DNA of 64,000 bases from Haliotis rubra (taxonomy: Eukaryota), in NCBI RefSeq assembly GCF_003918875.1, contig NW_025767146.1, positions 2,170,001-2,234,000 of the forward strand, read 5' to 3'. Shown piece after piece: positions 1 through 13,259 of this stretch. The notes under the pieces are model-generated. The model had not been told where the DNA came from. It saw only the letters and a list, made by a program, of their open reading frames with translations, and did not search any database. Position 1 is the first letter of the stretch. Each line of letters starts with the position of its first letter. A program made the translations under genes and the position numbers.

Positions 1-875
1 ATGGACAAGGCGCCCGTACTGGTATTAAACATAATGCCATGGAATCATATCACCGACCTTTCCTTTGCGCTTTCTCCAACATTTTAAAAAAAGGCAATTT
101 TCACATTAAAATCATTGAATTTACAGTGGCTTTGTATTTAGATTACAAACGTCAATATACTTACTGCCAGATTATAGACAAGGCTCCATGAAGGTCAGGG
201 CTTTGTCTGCAACACCTCTAACCTTATAACGATCAGATCAGTGTTCGTGTTACCTGTCCGCGACCGACAAGAAAGACGGACACTAATCACAGGGTCAGTG
301 TTTAATGACATGAATTGGACACTGAAGCCTTTCGTGCCATTAATCCCAAACTGTTTGGTAAATATCCAAAAATAACGTGCAGAATTTTAAGAAGGATGTT
401 AAGATTAGCGTCAAGGATACATTTGCTAAAACTTAAAAGAGCATACAGTAATTAATTGTCAATCAGGGGTATCGAATGAAGATAACACCTTAAATGTAGC
501 CGTGTTTTATTTTAGATTTATTTTCTGCACAACCATCTTTGATTCTTCTAATTCACGATTGTTTCTCATTCAGCGTATCACCTAAAACGGCTGAAGAATG
601 ACGTGTGCTGTACATGCACCGGTGTAAAACTGATTCTAGTCTTTCATTAGTGTTATCGTATACCTGACATCAGTAGTCAATAAGACAGAGACGCTCTATC
701 TTCCAAACAAAACGTGTCTTTTCAATCGACGGCTAGAACATTTACTTTCTTGATAAGAAAACGTCTTGAAGAAATAGTTTCGAAACTCTCAAAAACAGTA
801 TTTATCAAATACTCCTTGTTCAAACAATTTCGTTAAACTAAACTTAATGCTACTATGATTTCAATACAATCCGCC

Positions 876-3800
876 CTATCGACGCTCTCCCAAAATGTTT
901 AATTGCAGAAAACAGAGTGAACAGACACAAATTCTAGAGGTTGAGGGATGACATGAGAAAGGGAGAAATGAGGAAGGCAAGGCTGACAGAGGTCTTGGAA
1001 GGATCACTGGTAGAGGTCTCGGATAAGGTATACTGTAGTAGTAGTGTTGAGAAAGGTGGGCCTGATAGAGGTTTCGGTTAAGGTACACTGTAGTACTGTA
1101 GAAGTAGTGTTGAGAAAGGTTGGCCTGATAGAGGTCTCGGATAAGGTACACTGTAGTACTGTAGTAGTAGTGTTGAGAAAGGTTGGCCTGATAGAGGTCT
1201 CGGATAAGGTACACTGTAGTACTGTAGTAGTAGTAGTGTTGAGAAAGGTGGGCCTGATAGAGGTCTCGGATAAGGTACACTGTAATACTGTAGTACTGTA
1301 GTACTGTAGTAGAAGTGTTGAGAAAGGTTGGCCTGATAGAGGTTTCGGTTAAGGTACACTGTAGTACTGTAGTAGAAGTGTTGAGAAAGGTTGGCCTGGT
1401 AGAGGTCTCGGATAAGGTACACTGTAGTACTGTAGTGTAGTGTTGAGAAAGGTTGGCCTGATAGAGGTCTCGGTTAATGTACACTGTAGTACTGTAGTAG
1501 AAGTGTTGAGAAAGGTGGGCCTGAGAGGTCTAGAGGTCTGATGTAGTACTGTAGTACTGTACACTGTAGAAGTAGTGTTGTGGAAAAGGTTGGCCTGATA
1601 GAGGTCTTCGGTTAAGGTACACTGTAGTACTGTAGTAGAAGTGTTGAGAAAGGTTGGCCTGATAGAGGTCTCGGATAAGGTACACTGTAGTACTGTAGTA
1701 GTAGTGTTGAGAAAGGTGGGCCTGATAGAGGTTTCGGTTAAGGTACACTGTAGTACTGTAGTAGAAGTGTTGAGAAAGGTGGGCCTGATAGAGGTCTTGG
1801 TTAAGGTACACTGTAGTACTGTAGAAGTAGTGTTGAGAAAGGTAGGCCTGATAGAGGTCTTGGTTAAGGTACACTGTAGTACTGTAGAAGTAGTGTTGAG
1901 AAAGGTTGGCCTGATAGAGGTCTTGGTTAAGGTACACTGTAGTACTGTAGTAGAAGTGTTGAGAAAGGTTGGCCTGATAGAGGTCTCGGATAAGGTACAC
2001 TGTAGTACTGTAGAAGTAGTGTTGAGAAAGGTTGGCCTGATAGAGGTTTCGGTTAAGGTACACTGTAGTACTGTAGTAGAAGTGTTGAGAAAGGTGGGCC
2101 TGATAGAGGTCTTGGTTAAGGTACACTGTAGTACTGTAGTAGTAGTGTTGAGAAAGGTGGGCCTGATAGAGGTTTCGGTTAAGGTACACTGTAGTACTGT
2201 AGTAGAAGTGTTGAGAAAGGTTGGCCTGATAGAGGTCTTGGGTAATGTACACTGTAGAAGTAGTGTTGTGAAAGGTGGGCCTGATAGAGGTTTCGGTTAA
2301 GGTACACTGTAGTACTGTAGTAGAAGTGTTGAGAAAGGTTGGCCTGATAGAGGTCTTGGGTAATGTACACTGTAGTAGTAGTGTTGAGAAAGGTGGGCCT
2401 GATAGAGGTTTCGGTTAAGGTACACTGTAGTACTGTAGTAGAAGTGTTGAGAAAGGTTGGCCTGATAGAGGTCTTGGTTAAGGTACACTGTAGTACTGTA
2501 GTAGTAGTGTTGAGAAAGGTGGGCCTGATAGAGGTTTCGGTTAAGGTACACTGTAGTACTGTAGTAGAAGTGTTGAGAAAGGTTGGCCTGATAGAGGTCT
2601 TGGGTAATGTACACTGTAGAAGTAGTGTTGTGAAAGGTGGGCCTGATAGAGGTCTTGGTTAAGGTACACTGTAGTACTGTAGTACTGTAGTAGCTAGTAG
2701 TGTTGAGAAAGTTTGGCCTGATAGAGGTCTTGGTTAAGGTACACTGTAGTACTGTAGAAGTAGTGTTGAGAAAGGTTGGCCTGATAGAGGTCTTGGTTAA
2801 GGTACACTGTAGTACTGTAGTAGTAGTGTTGAGAAAGTTTGGCCTGATAGAGGTCTCGGTTAATGTACACTGTAGTACTGTAGAAGTAGTGTTGAGAAAG
2901 TTTGGCCTGATAGAGGTCTTGGTTAAGGTACACTGTAGTACTGTAGTACTGTAGTACTGTAGTAGCTAGTAGTGTTGAGAAAGGTTGGCCTGATAGAGGT
3001 TTCGGTTAAGGTACACTGTAGTACTGTAGAAGTAGTGTTGAGAAAGGTTGGCCTGATAGAGGTCTTGGTTAAGGTACACTGTAGTACTGTAGAAGTAGTG
3101 TTGAGAAAGGTTGGCCTGATAGAGGTCTTGGTTAAGGTACACTGTAGTACTGTAGTAGTAGTGTTGAGAAAGGTGGGCCTGATAGAGGTCTCGGTTAAAG
3201 TACACTGTAGTACTGTAGAAGTAGTGTTGAGAAAGGTTGGCCTGATAGAGGTCTTGGTTAAGGTACACTGTAGTACTGTAGTAGTAGTGTTGAGAAAGGT
3301 GGGCCTGATAGAGGTCTTGGTTAATGTACACTGTAGTACTGTAGAAGTAGTGTTGAGAAAGGTTGGCCTGATAGAGGTTTCGGTTAAGGTACACTGTAGT
3401 ACTGTAGTAGAAGTGTTGAGAAAGGTTGGCCTGATAGAGGTCTTGGGTAATGTACACTGTAGTAGTAGTGTTGAGAAAGGTGGGCCTGATAGAGGTTTCG
3501 GTTAAGGTACACTGTAGTACTGTAGTAGAAGTGTTGAGAAAGGTTGGCCTGATAGAGGTCGTGGTTAAGGTACACTGTAGTACTGTAGTAGTAGTGTTGA
3601 GAAAGGTTGGCCTGATAGAGGTTTCGGTTAAGGTACACTGTAGTACTGTAGTAGAAGTGTTGAGAAAGGTTGGCCTGATAGAGGTCTTGGGTAATGTACA
3701 CTGTAGAAGTAGTGTTGTGAAAGGTGGGCCTGATAGAGGTCTTGGTTAAGGTACACTGTAGTACTGTAGTACTGTAGTAGCTAGTAGTGTTGAGAAAGTT

Positions 3801-6800
3801 TGGCCTGATAGAGGTCTTGGTTAAGGTACACTGTAGTACTGTAGAAGTAGTGTTGAGAAAGGTTGGCCTGATAGAGGTCTTGGTTAAGGTACACTGTAGT
3901 ACTGTAGTAGTAGTGTTGAGAAAGTTTGGCCTGATAGAGGTCTCGGTTAATGTACACTGTAGTACTGTAGAAGTAGTGTTGAGAAAGGTTGGCCTGATAG
4001 AGGTCTTGGTTAAGGTACACCGTAGTACTGTAGTACTGTAGTACTGTAGTAGCTAGTAGTGTTGAGAAAGGTTGGCCTGATAGAGGTTTCGGTTAAGGTA
4101 CACTGTAGTACTGTAGAAGTAGTGTTGAGAAAGGTTGGCCTGATAGAGGTCTTGGTTAAGGTACACTGTAGTACTGTAGTAGTAGTGTTGAGAAAGGTGG
4201 GCCTGATAGAGGTCTCGGTTAAAGTACACTGTAGTACTGTAGAAGTAGTGTTGAGAAAGGTTGGCCTGATAGAGGTCTTGGTTAAGGTACACTGTAGTAC
4301 TGTAGTAGTAGTGTTGAGAAAGGTAGGCCTGATAGAGGTCTTGGTTAATGTACACTGTAGTACTGTAGAAGTAGTGTTGAGAAAGGTTGGCCTGATAGAG
4401 GTCTCGGTTAATGTACACTGTAGTACTGTAGTAGCTAGTAGTGTTGAGAAAGGTTGGCCTGATAGAGGTCTTGGTTAAGGTACACTGTAGTACTGTAGTA
4501 CTGTAGTACTGTAGTAGCTAGTAGTGTTGAGAAAGGTTGGCCTGATAGAGGTCTTGGTTAAGGTACACTGTAGTACTGTAGTACTGTAGTACTGTAGTAG
4601 CTAGTAGTGTTGAGAAAGGTTGGCCTGATAGAGGTCTTGGTTAAGGTACACTGTAGTACTGTAGTAGTAGTGTTGAGAAAGGTTGGCCTGATAGAGGTCT
4701 TGGTTAAGGTACACTGTAGTACTGTAGAAGTAGTGTTGAGAAAGGTTGGCCTGATAGAGGTCTTGGTTGAGGTACACTGTAGTACTGTAGTACTGTAGTA
4801 CTGTAGTACTGTAGAAGTAGTGTTGAGAAAGGTTGGCCTGATAGAGGTCTTGGTTAAGGTACACTGTAGTACTGTAGAAGTAGTGTTGAGAAAGGTTGGC
4901 CTGATAGAGGTCTTGGTTAAGGTACACTGTAGTACTGTAGAAGTAGTGTTGAGAAAGGTTGGCCTGATAGAGGTCTTGGTTAAGGTACACTGTAGTACTG
5001 TAGTAGTAGTGTTGAGAAAGGTTGGCCTGATAGAGGTCTCGGTTAATGTACACTGTAGAAGTAGTGTTGAGAAAGGTTGGCCTGATAGAGGTCTTGGTTA
5101 AGGTACACTGTAGTAGTAGTGTTGGGAAAGGTTGGCCTGATAGAGGTCTTGGTTGAGGTACACTGTAGTACTGTAGTATTAGTGTTGAGAAAGGTTGGCC
5201 TGATAGAGGTCTTGGTTAAGGTACACTGTAGTACGGTAGAAGTAGTGTTGAGAAAGGTTGGCCTGGTAGAGGTCTCGGTTAATGTACACTGTAGTACTGT
5301 AGAAGTAGTTTTGAGAAAGGTTGGCCTGATAGAGGTCTTGGTTAAGGTACACTGTAGTACTGTAGTAGGAGTGTTGAGAAAGGTTGGCCTGATAGAGGTC
5401 TCGGCTAATGTACACTGTAGTACTGTAGTAGTAGTGTTGAGAAAGGTTGGCCTGATAGAGGTCTTGGTTAAGGTACACTGTAGTACTGTAGAAGTAGTGT
5501 TGAGAAAGGTTGGCCTGATAGAGGTCTTGGTTAAGGTACACTGTAGTACTGTAGAAGTAGTGTTGAGAAAGGTTGGCCTGATAGAGGTCTTGGTTAAGGT
5601 ACACTGTAGTACTGTAGTAGTAGTGTTGAGAAAGGTTGGCCTGATAGAGGTCTTGGTTAAGGTACACTGTAGTACTGTAGAAGTAGTGTTGAGAAAGGTT
5701 GGCCTGATAGAGGTCTTGGTTAAGGTACACTGTAGTACTGTAGTAGTAGTGTTGAGAAAGGTAGGCCTGATAGAGGTCTTGGTTAAGGTACACTTTAGTA
5801 CTGTAGTAGTAGTGTTGAGAAAGGTTGGCCTGATAGAGGTCTCGGTTAATGTACACTGTAGTAGTGTAGAAGTAGTGTTGAGAAAGGTTGGCCTGATAGA
5901 GGTCTTGGTTAAGGTACACTGTAGTACTGTAGAAGTAGTGTTGAGAAAGGTAAGCCTGATAGAGGTCTTGGTTAAGGTACACTGTAGTACTGTAGTAGTA
6001 GTGTTGAGAAAGGTAGGCCTGATAGAGGTCTTGGTTAAGGTACACTTTAGTACTGTAGTAGTAGTGTTGAGAAAGGTTGGCCTGATAGAGGTCTTGGTTA
6101 AGGTACACTGTAGTACTGTAGAAGTAGTGTTGAGAAAGGTAGGCCTGATAGAGGTCTTGGTTAAGGTACACTGTAGTACTGTAGTAGGAGTGTTGAGAAA
6201 GGTTGTCCTGATAGAGGTCTTGGTTAAGGTACACTGTAGTACTGTAGTAGGAGTGTTGAGAAAGGTTGGCCTGATAGAGGTCTCGGTTAATGTACACTGT
6301 AGTACTGTAGTAGTAGTGTTGAGAAAGGTAGGCCTGATAGAGGTCTCGGATAAGGTACACTGTAGTACTGTAGAAGTAGTGTTGAGAAAGGTTGGCCTGA
6401 TAGAGGTCTTGGTTAAGGTACACTGTAGTACTGTAGAAGTAGTGTTGAGAAAGGTTGGCCTGATAGAGGTCTTGGTTAAGGTACACTGTAGTACTGTAGT
6501 AGTAGTGTTGAGAAAGGTTGGCCTGATAGAGGTCTTGGTTAAGGTACACTGTAGTACTGTAGTAGTAGTGTTGAGAAAGGTGGGCCTGATAGAGGTCTTG
6601 GTTAAGGTACACTTTAGTACTGTAGTAGTAGTGTTGAGAAAGGTTGGCCTGATAGAGGTCTTGGTTAAGGTACACTGTAGTACTGTAGAAGTAGTGTTGA
6701 GAAAGTTTGGCCTGATAGAGGTCTTGGTTAAGGTACACTGTAGTACTGTAGAAGTAGTGTTGAGAAAGGTTGGCCTGATAGAGGTCTTGGTTAAGGTACA

Positions 6801-9660
6801 CTGTAGTACTGTAGAAGTAGTGTTGAGAAAGTTTGGCCTGATAGAGGTCTTGGTTAAGGTACACTGTAGTACTGTAGAAGTAGTGTTGAGAAAGGTTGGC
6901 CTGATAGAGGTCTTGGTTAAGGTACACTGTAGTACTGTAGTAGTAGTGTTGAGAAAGGTGGGCCTGATAGAGGTCTTGGTTAAGGTACACTGTAGTACTG
7001 TAGAAGTAGTGTTGAGAAAGGTTGGCCTGATAGAGGTCTTGGTTAAGGTACACTGTAGTACTGTAGTAGTAGTGTTGAGAAAGGTTGGCCTGATAGAGGT
7101 CTTGGTTAAGGTACACTGTAGTACTGTAGTAGTAGTGTTGAGAAAGGTGGGCCTGATAGAGGTCTTGGTTAAGGTACACTGTAGTACTGTAGAAGTAGTG
7201 TTGGGAAAGGTTGGCCTGATAGAGGTCTTGGTTGATGTACACTGTAGTACTGTAGTAGCTACTAGTGTTGGGAAAGGTTGGCCTGATAGAGGTCTCGGTT
7301 AATGTACACTGTAGTACTGTAGTAGCTACTAGTGTTGAGAAAGGTGGGCCTGATAGAGGTCTCGGTTAATGTACACTGTAGTACTGTAGTAGCTACTAGT
7401 GTTGGGAAAGGTTGGCCTGATAGAGGTCTCGGTTAATGTACACTGTAGTACTGTAGTAGTGTTGAGAAAGGTGGGCCTGATAGAGGTCTTGGTTAAGGTA
7501 CACTGTAGTACTGTAGAAGTAGTGTTGAGAAAGGTGGGCCTGATAGAGGTCTTGGTTAAGGTACACTGTAGTACTGTAGTAGTAGTGTTGAGAAAGGTGG
7601 GCCTGATAGAGGTCTCGGTTAAGGTACACTGTAGTACTGTAGTAGTAGTGTTGGGAAAGGTTGGCCTGATAGAGGTCTTGGTTAAGGTACACTGTAGTAC
7701 TGTAGTAGTAGTGTTGAGAAAGGTTGGCCTGATAGAGGTCTTGGTTAAGGTACACTGTAGTACTGTAGAAGTAGTGTTGAGAAAGGTTGGCCTGATAGAG
7801 GTCTTGGTTAAGGTACACTGTAGTACTGTAGTAGTAGTGTTGAGAAAGGTGGGCCTGATAGAGGTCTCGGTTAAGGTACACTGTAGTACTGTAGTAGCTA
7901 CTAGTGTTGGGAAAGGTTGGCCTGATAGAGGTCTTGGTTGAGGTACACTGTAGTACTGTAGTAGTAGTGTTGAGAAAGGTTGGCCTGATAGAGGTCTTGG
8001 TTAAGGTACACTGTAGTACTGTAGTAGTAGTGTTGAGAAAGGTGGGCCTGATAGAGGTCTCGGTTAAGGTACACTGTAGTAGTAGTGTTGAGAAAGGTGG
8101 GCCTGATAGAGGTTTCGGTTAAGGTACACTGTAGTACTGTAGTAGTAGTGTTGAGAAAGGTTGGCCTGATAGAGGTCTCGGTTAAGGTACACTGTAGTAC
8201 TGTAGAAGTAGTGTTGAGAAAGGTTGGCCTGATAGAGGTCTTGGTTGAGGTACACTGTAGTACTGTAGTAGAAGTGTTGAGAAAGGTTGGCCTGATAGAG
8301 GTTTCGGTTAAGGTACACTGTAGTACTGTAGAAGTAGTGTTGAGAAAGGTTGGCCTGATAGAGGTCTTGGTTAAGGTACACTGTAGTACTGTAGTAGTAG
8401 TGTTGAGAAAGGTTGGCCTGATAGAGGTCTCGGTTAAGGTACACTGTAGTACTGTAGAAGTAGTGTTGAGAAAGGTGGGCCTGATAGAGGTCTCGGTTAA
8501 AGTACACTGTAGTACTGTAGAAGTAGTGTTGAGAAAGGTAGGCCTGATAGAGGTCTTGGTTAAGGTACACTGTAGTACTGTAGTAGTAGTGTTGAGAAAG
8601 GTTGGCCTGATAGAGGTCTCGGTTAAGGTACACTGTAGTACTGTAGAAGTAGTGTTGAGAAAGGTGGGCCTGATAGAGGTCTTGGTTAAGGTACACTGTA
8701 GTACTGTAGTAGTAGTGTTGAGAAAGGTTGGCCTGATAGAGGTCTTGGTTAAGGTACACTGTAGTACTGTAGTAGTAGTGTTGAGAAAGGTTGGCCTGAT
8801 AGAGGTCTCGGTTAAGGTACACTGTAGTACTGTAGAAGTAGTGTTGAGAAAGGTTGGCCTGATAGAGGTCTTGGTTAAGGTACACTGTAGTACTGTAGTA
8901 GTAGTGTTGAGAAAGGTTGGCCTGATAGAGGTTTCGGTTAAGGTACACTGTAGTACTGTAGAAGTAGTGTTGAGAAAGGTTGGCCTGATAGAGGTCTTGG
9001 TTAAGGTACACTGTAGTACTGTAGTAGTAGTGTTGAGAAAGGTTGGCCTGATAGAGGTCTTGGTTAAGGTACACTGTAGTACTGTAGTACTGTAGTAGCT
9101 AGTAGTGTTGAGAAAGTTTGGCCTGATAGAGGTCTCGGTTAATGTACACTGTAGAAGTAGTGTTGAGAAAGGTGGGCCTGATAGAGGTCTTGGTTAAGGT
9201 ACACTTTAGTACTGTAGAAATAGTGTTGAGAAAGGTTGGCCTGATAGAGGTCTTGGTTAAGGTACACTGTAGTACTGTAGTACTAGTGTTGAGAAAGTTT
9301 GGCCTGACAGAGGCCTTGGGAGAGACACCGTCGAGGGATACATCAAGAAGGAAAGGTTTTAGAAAAGACACTGCAGATGGAGAGAAGGGAAAGGCACTGT
9401 TGAAAGTTCTTTTGGTAGATACGCTGTAGAGGAAGAGAAGGGGTAACAGATGGAGAGGTAAGGAAGACAGGCCTTTTGGAGGTCTTCGAAGATACACAGT
9501 CAATGGAGACGTGAGAAAGCATGATTTATATGATACTGTCAGATCACGTTTGATCCCCGTTGTGTGAGGATGCTGAAACGTTAAACAAGCACACAGTGGG
9601 AAGGATGTTGATGAAACCCTGACTTCTGGTAGGTATACATGTCTAGAGAAACAGCCAAAC
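876..9660 (-). mobile_element. Possible decayed Penelope-like element (RT-to-GIY-YIG linker region) interrupted by the 63-bp array
   Basis: The minus-strand translation entering the array (FPLCACLTFQHP...FLTSPLTVYLRRPPKGL) resembles the PLE linker (PLVLTYHP...FPEPPxVAFRRPKNL). The translation leaving it (FSCHPSTSRICVCSLC) resembles the PLE Cys knuckle. Motif-level resemblance only. Confidence 0.35.
1010..9312. repeat. 63-bp minisatellite array, about 130 copies (gtgttgagaaaggttggcctgatagaggtcttggttaaggtacactgtagtactgtagaagta)
   Basis: Directly visible tandem periodicity. Units vary in the copy number of an internal 8-bp ctgtagta sub-repeat. The array produces the LRKVGLIEV... and YQANLSQH... 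ORFs. Confidence 0.99.
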
Positions 9661-10049
9661 AAACGTTTGTTCCTTGACTTCAGTGCAAGTAAGTTGTCGA
9701 ATCAGTTCTACTTCACAGAACAGTGACTAAACACACCGTGTAAACACAGACCCAGCCAATATCAGACACACAAGACGATAGTGTGCCCAACCACACGGTC
9801 ATCACTATCAGGCTGGCCACTGAGGCACATCTAGGACATTCATAATCAAAAGAAAACAAAGGATGACGGGTAAATTATTCACTTCCGGTAAATCACGTCT
9901 ACTCTCACGCAATCCACGTCAGACAAAATAGTACTTCATCTCGCTGTCGCCCAGCACAGTGTTGTCACTGACGGTGCCGATATGTTCACTACAGACGGTC
10001 AAGGTGGAGGATATTGCACAATGGTAATACATACGTGCCAAGAGACTGC

Positions 10050-10170
10050 GAGACTGAATTAGATTCGACCCGCTTTTCGCAATATTCAAACCATACTAAG
10101 GCGGATAACAGCTGGTAACAGCAGTCGTTTGACGAGTCAGTTCGTTAACCAAATGTAAACCCCACAACAC
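10050..10170 (-). mobile_element. Decayed tRNA-SINE copy
   Basis: ccgcttttcgcaatattc matches the SINE tail seen at 51828-51846 and 59387-59402; the remainder is loosely collinear. Confidence 0.45.
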
Positions 10171-10329
10171 CCTGAGTGGTGGGGGAAAGCGTGAGGAAAG
10201 ATGAGGGCAAGTATTATCGGATCTGTTATATCGTTTGGTGGGTTATTGTGGGTTCCATTCAGGTAGAGCAGTGGGGTGGGGTAGGTGCAGGGGGCTCGGG
10301 ACAGAAAAGGTAGTAGGTGGGGTAGGTAT

Positions 10330-10975
10330 AGGGGTTCGAGTCAGATAGGGCAGTGGGGTGGTGTTGGGGTTCGAGTCAGATAGGGCAGTGGGGTGGTGTT
10401 GGGGTTCGAGTCAGATAGGGCAGTGGGGTGGTGTTGGGGTTCGAGTCAGAAAGGGCAGTGGAGGGTGGTGTTGGGGTTCGAGGGGGCAGTGGAGTGGTGT
10501 TGGGGTTCGAGTCAGATAGGGCAGTGGAGTAGTGTTGGGGTTCGAGTCAGATAGGGCAGTGGAGTAGTGTTGGGGTTCGAGTCAGATAGGGCAGTGGGGT
10601 GGTGTTGGGGTTCGAGTCAGATAGGGCAGTGGAGTAGTTTTGGGGTTCGAGCCAGATAGGGCAGTGGAGTAGTGTTGGGGTTCGAGTCAGATAGGGCAGT
10701 GGAGTAGTGTTGGGGTTCGAGTCAGATAGGGCAGTGGGGTGGTGTTGGGGTTCGAGTCAGATAGGGCAGTGGGGTGGTGTTGGGGTTCGAGTCAGATAGG
10801 GCAGTGGGGTGGTGTTGGGGTTCGAGTCAGATAGGGCAGTGGGGTGGTGTTGGGGTTGGCGTCAGATAGGGTGGTGTTGGGGTTCGAGTCAGATAGGGCA
10901 GTGGAGTAGTGTTGGGGTTCGATTCAATTATAGGGCAGTGGGGTGGTGTTGGGGTTCGAACCAGATAGGGCAGCG
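10330..10975. repeat. 35-bp G-rich minisatellite (ggggttcgagtcagatagggcagtggggtggtgtt), about 18 copies, with degenerate flanks to about 10260 and 11190
   Basis: Direct tandem periodicity of 35 bp. Confidence 0.97.
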
Positions 10976-11209
10976 GGGTGGGGTCGGAAAGGGGGCTCGG
11001 GTCAGGGGGTCAGAGGGCCAGGGTAGGTGTATGGGGTTCGAGTATGATGAAGTTGTGGGATGGGAGTAGTTGTACTGGCTGGGGTCAGATAGGGCACTCT
11101 GGTAGATACAAGAGCTCGGGTCAGGTAGGGCAGTGTTGTGGGTGGATAGGGGTCAGGTCGCCTAGGGTAGTTGTTGGGGTTCGGGGCGTGTACGAGAGAG
11201 GGGAGAGGT

Positions 11210-12400
11210 AAGGTAAGGAGGTCGGAAGGACAATTTCACGATACTGAGATCTGAACCCACTTCGCATTCGTCAGAGATTCTAAACTCACAAACTATTTCC
11301 CTACCGAGGTAAAAGATTTCGAAGCGATCCTTTGTAAATATTAAAAAATATTACTTGGAATATAATAATTAAATTAAATGTATATACCCGGTGATTTTAT
11401 CATCAGCTTCGGAGAAGAAAATCTATTAGATAATCAAGCAATGAACAACTTTCCCTGCTAGCGGAGTAATTAACAAAGTGTAAGCATCATTTCAGACAGG
11501 ACTATACTACTGAGAGTAAATCCTCACCAAAACCTAAAATGCTGACCTAGGACTCAGTGGTCCGTGTGAGTAAAGTCTCTCATTAAAACATTGATTCATG
11601 AATTTAACAAGAAATAACTATTTTCAAGCAAATAATGTCGGAATATCTCTCTACCTGCTGCTTCTCCCGGTGATGGCGAGTCGAGACGCCGTAGTTAGCC
11701 CTCAGCCACACGTGTTAGTGATACTCCATGAGGACTTATTCCAAGTGGATCTAGCAGAGTCGATTTTAAGTGCCACACGTCGTCCTACTGTACTGGAGCG
11801 CGGCCTTTGCTGTCCACCAACAGGTAAAAACACCTGTATATGTTCCGTCTGATCAGTAACCAGCCACACGTCACAACTCACAACTATTTGGTGGAAATGA
11901 CATTTTAAGGATAGGTGGAATTTTGTAGGAGGAGACAGGTTGATTTTGGAATGGATGGCGTGCAGGAAGAAGCCTTGAGGCGGTTCGTTGTTCCCAGTTT
12001 GGCACTGCCGCAGTGTTAGCCAGGCCGTCACCAGTCTCTGCACTCACTTGGGTTAGCTCAGTCCCATGCAAGCAGGTTAATTCATGAATGTGTTTTCAAA
12101 CACCTTGCACTGCGTTACGAGCTTAGCTGGGTGCAAGGGAGATAAGGACAGAATTCCGGAGAGGCAGAGCGTTGTGGTGGAGCGTAGGCCCCAGTTGACC
12201 ATGACTGACAGGTGAATCTGCTCACTGAACTGATGATACACTCCGATAATGTGTACGGTGCTACCGCCACGTACATGGCGCTGTGTGGAGGTAGGAACCA
12301 TGTAGGGTACTGATGTTATTATGTTTAAGACGCTGTTGGAGTCAGGTTAAATGTAAATGTACGGTATTGACATAACATACACGACACTGTTAGGAGACAG
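11210..12400 (-). mobile_element. Possible decayed DIRS-like tyrosine-recombinase region
   Basis: Weak motif echoes on the minus strand (HIHELT ~ SEIHAL; ISPHGV ~ RPHEVR) and an AT-rich tatatacccggtga segment like DIRS termini. No intact ORF. Confidence 0.3.
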
Positions 12401-12420
12401 GTACTATGTACCATACTACG

Positions 12421-13011
12421 GCTACGTACACGACTCTGTAGGGAGCTAGTTACGGCGCTGAGGCTACGTACACAACTCTGTAAGGAGCCAGTTACGGCGC
12501 TGAGGCTACGTACACGACTCTGTAGGGAGCCAGTTACGGCGCTGAGGCTACGTACACGACTCTGTAGGGAGCCAGTTACGGCGCTGAGGCTACGTACACG
12601 ACTCTGTAGGGAGCCAGTTACGGCGCTGAGGCTACGTACACGACTCTGTAGGGAGCCAGTTAGCCAGTACGTACGGCGCCAGTTACGAGGCTATGTACAC
12701 GACTCTGTAGGGAGCCAGTTACGGCGCTGAGGCTACGTACACGACTCTGTAGGGAGCCAGTTACGGCACTGAAGCTACGTACACGACTTTGTAGGGAGCC
12801 AGTTACGGCGCTGAGGCTACGTACACGACTCTGTAGGGAGCCAGTTACGGCGCTGAGGTTACGTACACGACTCTGTAGGGAGCCAGTTACGGCGCTGAGG
12901 CTACGTACACGACTCTGTAGGGAGCCAGTTACGGCTCTGAAGCTACGTACACGACTCTGTAGGGAGCCAGTTACGGCGCTGAGGCTACGTACAAGACACT
13001 GTAGGGAGCCA
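12421..13011. repeat. 42-bp minisatellite (gctacgtacacgactctgtagggagccagttacggcgctgag), about 14 copies
   Basis: Direct tandem periodicity, with degenerate precursor-like units at about 12340-12420. Confidence 0.98.
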
Positions 13012-13259
13012 GGTGTACTGCACCACCAATTTTGTTTTGGTCTGCAAATATCTCAGTCAACGAGACGACATTAATTTTACACTTTGAACATATCGTAGAC
13101 ACAAACGACGTCGATGTAAAGCACCGTGGTACACTGTGACACTAAACTGAACTGACTCTATAGGGGAAACATTTACCAATACAAGATCCCGCCAATACTG
13201 GTATACTGACATTTCCTAGACATTTAGTGATGTTAGCAAATCATATCTACAAATGTGTA

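Noticed and set aside
270-345. Crypton-like tyrosine recombinase remnant (TNHRV motif)
   Set aside because: A single short motif with no supporting collinear evidence.
1044-9095. Long ORFs (up to 727 aa) on both strands
   Set aside because: Products of a 63-bp unit that happens to lack stops. Frames are broken by sub-repeat indels, the starts are mostly GTG, and no domain is recognisable.
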